A stretch of DNA of 64,000 bases, from contig NC_042998.1 of the NCBI RefSeq assembly GCF_006345805.1, forward strand, positions 27,714,001 to 27,778,000, read 5' to 3'. The notes under the pieces are model-generated. The model worked only from the letters and a program-made list of their open reading frames with translations, was not told the origin of the DNA and ran no database searches. Made by a program: the position numbers and the translations under genes. Positions within the stretch are counted from its first letter, which is position 1, and every line of letters starts with the position of its first letter. Origin of the DNA: Octopus sinensis. Taxonomy: Eukaryota. Shown one piece after another: positions 63,881 to 64,000 of this stretch.

Positions 63881-64000
63881 TGGGTGTGTGTGTGTGTGTT
63901 ACTAAATATATATGCTAATGTATAGGCTTTGTGTATTTTCCAGTGGATGCAAAGGCATAGCGGAGTATATAACTCACATGTCGCCGGTGTGAAAATACCT

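Overview
This is AT-rich animal genomic DNA, most likely octopus/coleoid cephalopod (inferred from the SINE types and the very long (TA)n/(CA)n/(CATA)n tracts). No intact protein-coding gene can be supported: almost every ORF in the supplied track is a microsatellite or SINE read-through. The window holds about 35 tRNA-derived SINE copies from four families (my labels A-D), 3' remnants of an R4/Dong-type RLE LINE and a CR1 LINE, a Tc1 remnant, four non-autonomous Helitrons, a pogo/Tigger-like MITE and several fold-back palindromes. Four observations stand out. (1) Several different Penelope-like fragments carry hammerhead-ribozyme folds: canonical cores at 13046-13088 (+) and 41133-41212 (-), a G12T relic, and a three-copy family with a CUGYUGA core variant. 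(2) SINE-A multimers at four independent loci are joined at the same nucleotide, and the junction is a small palindrome. (3) Two different SINEs inserted at the same motif in two copies of one host SINE. (4) A 1.1-kb non-coding element has identical 268-bp terminal direct repeats. A few weak candidate exons are reported with low confidence.
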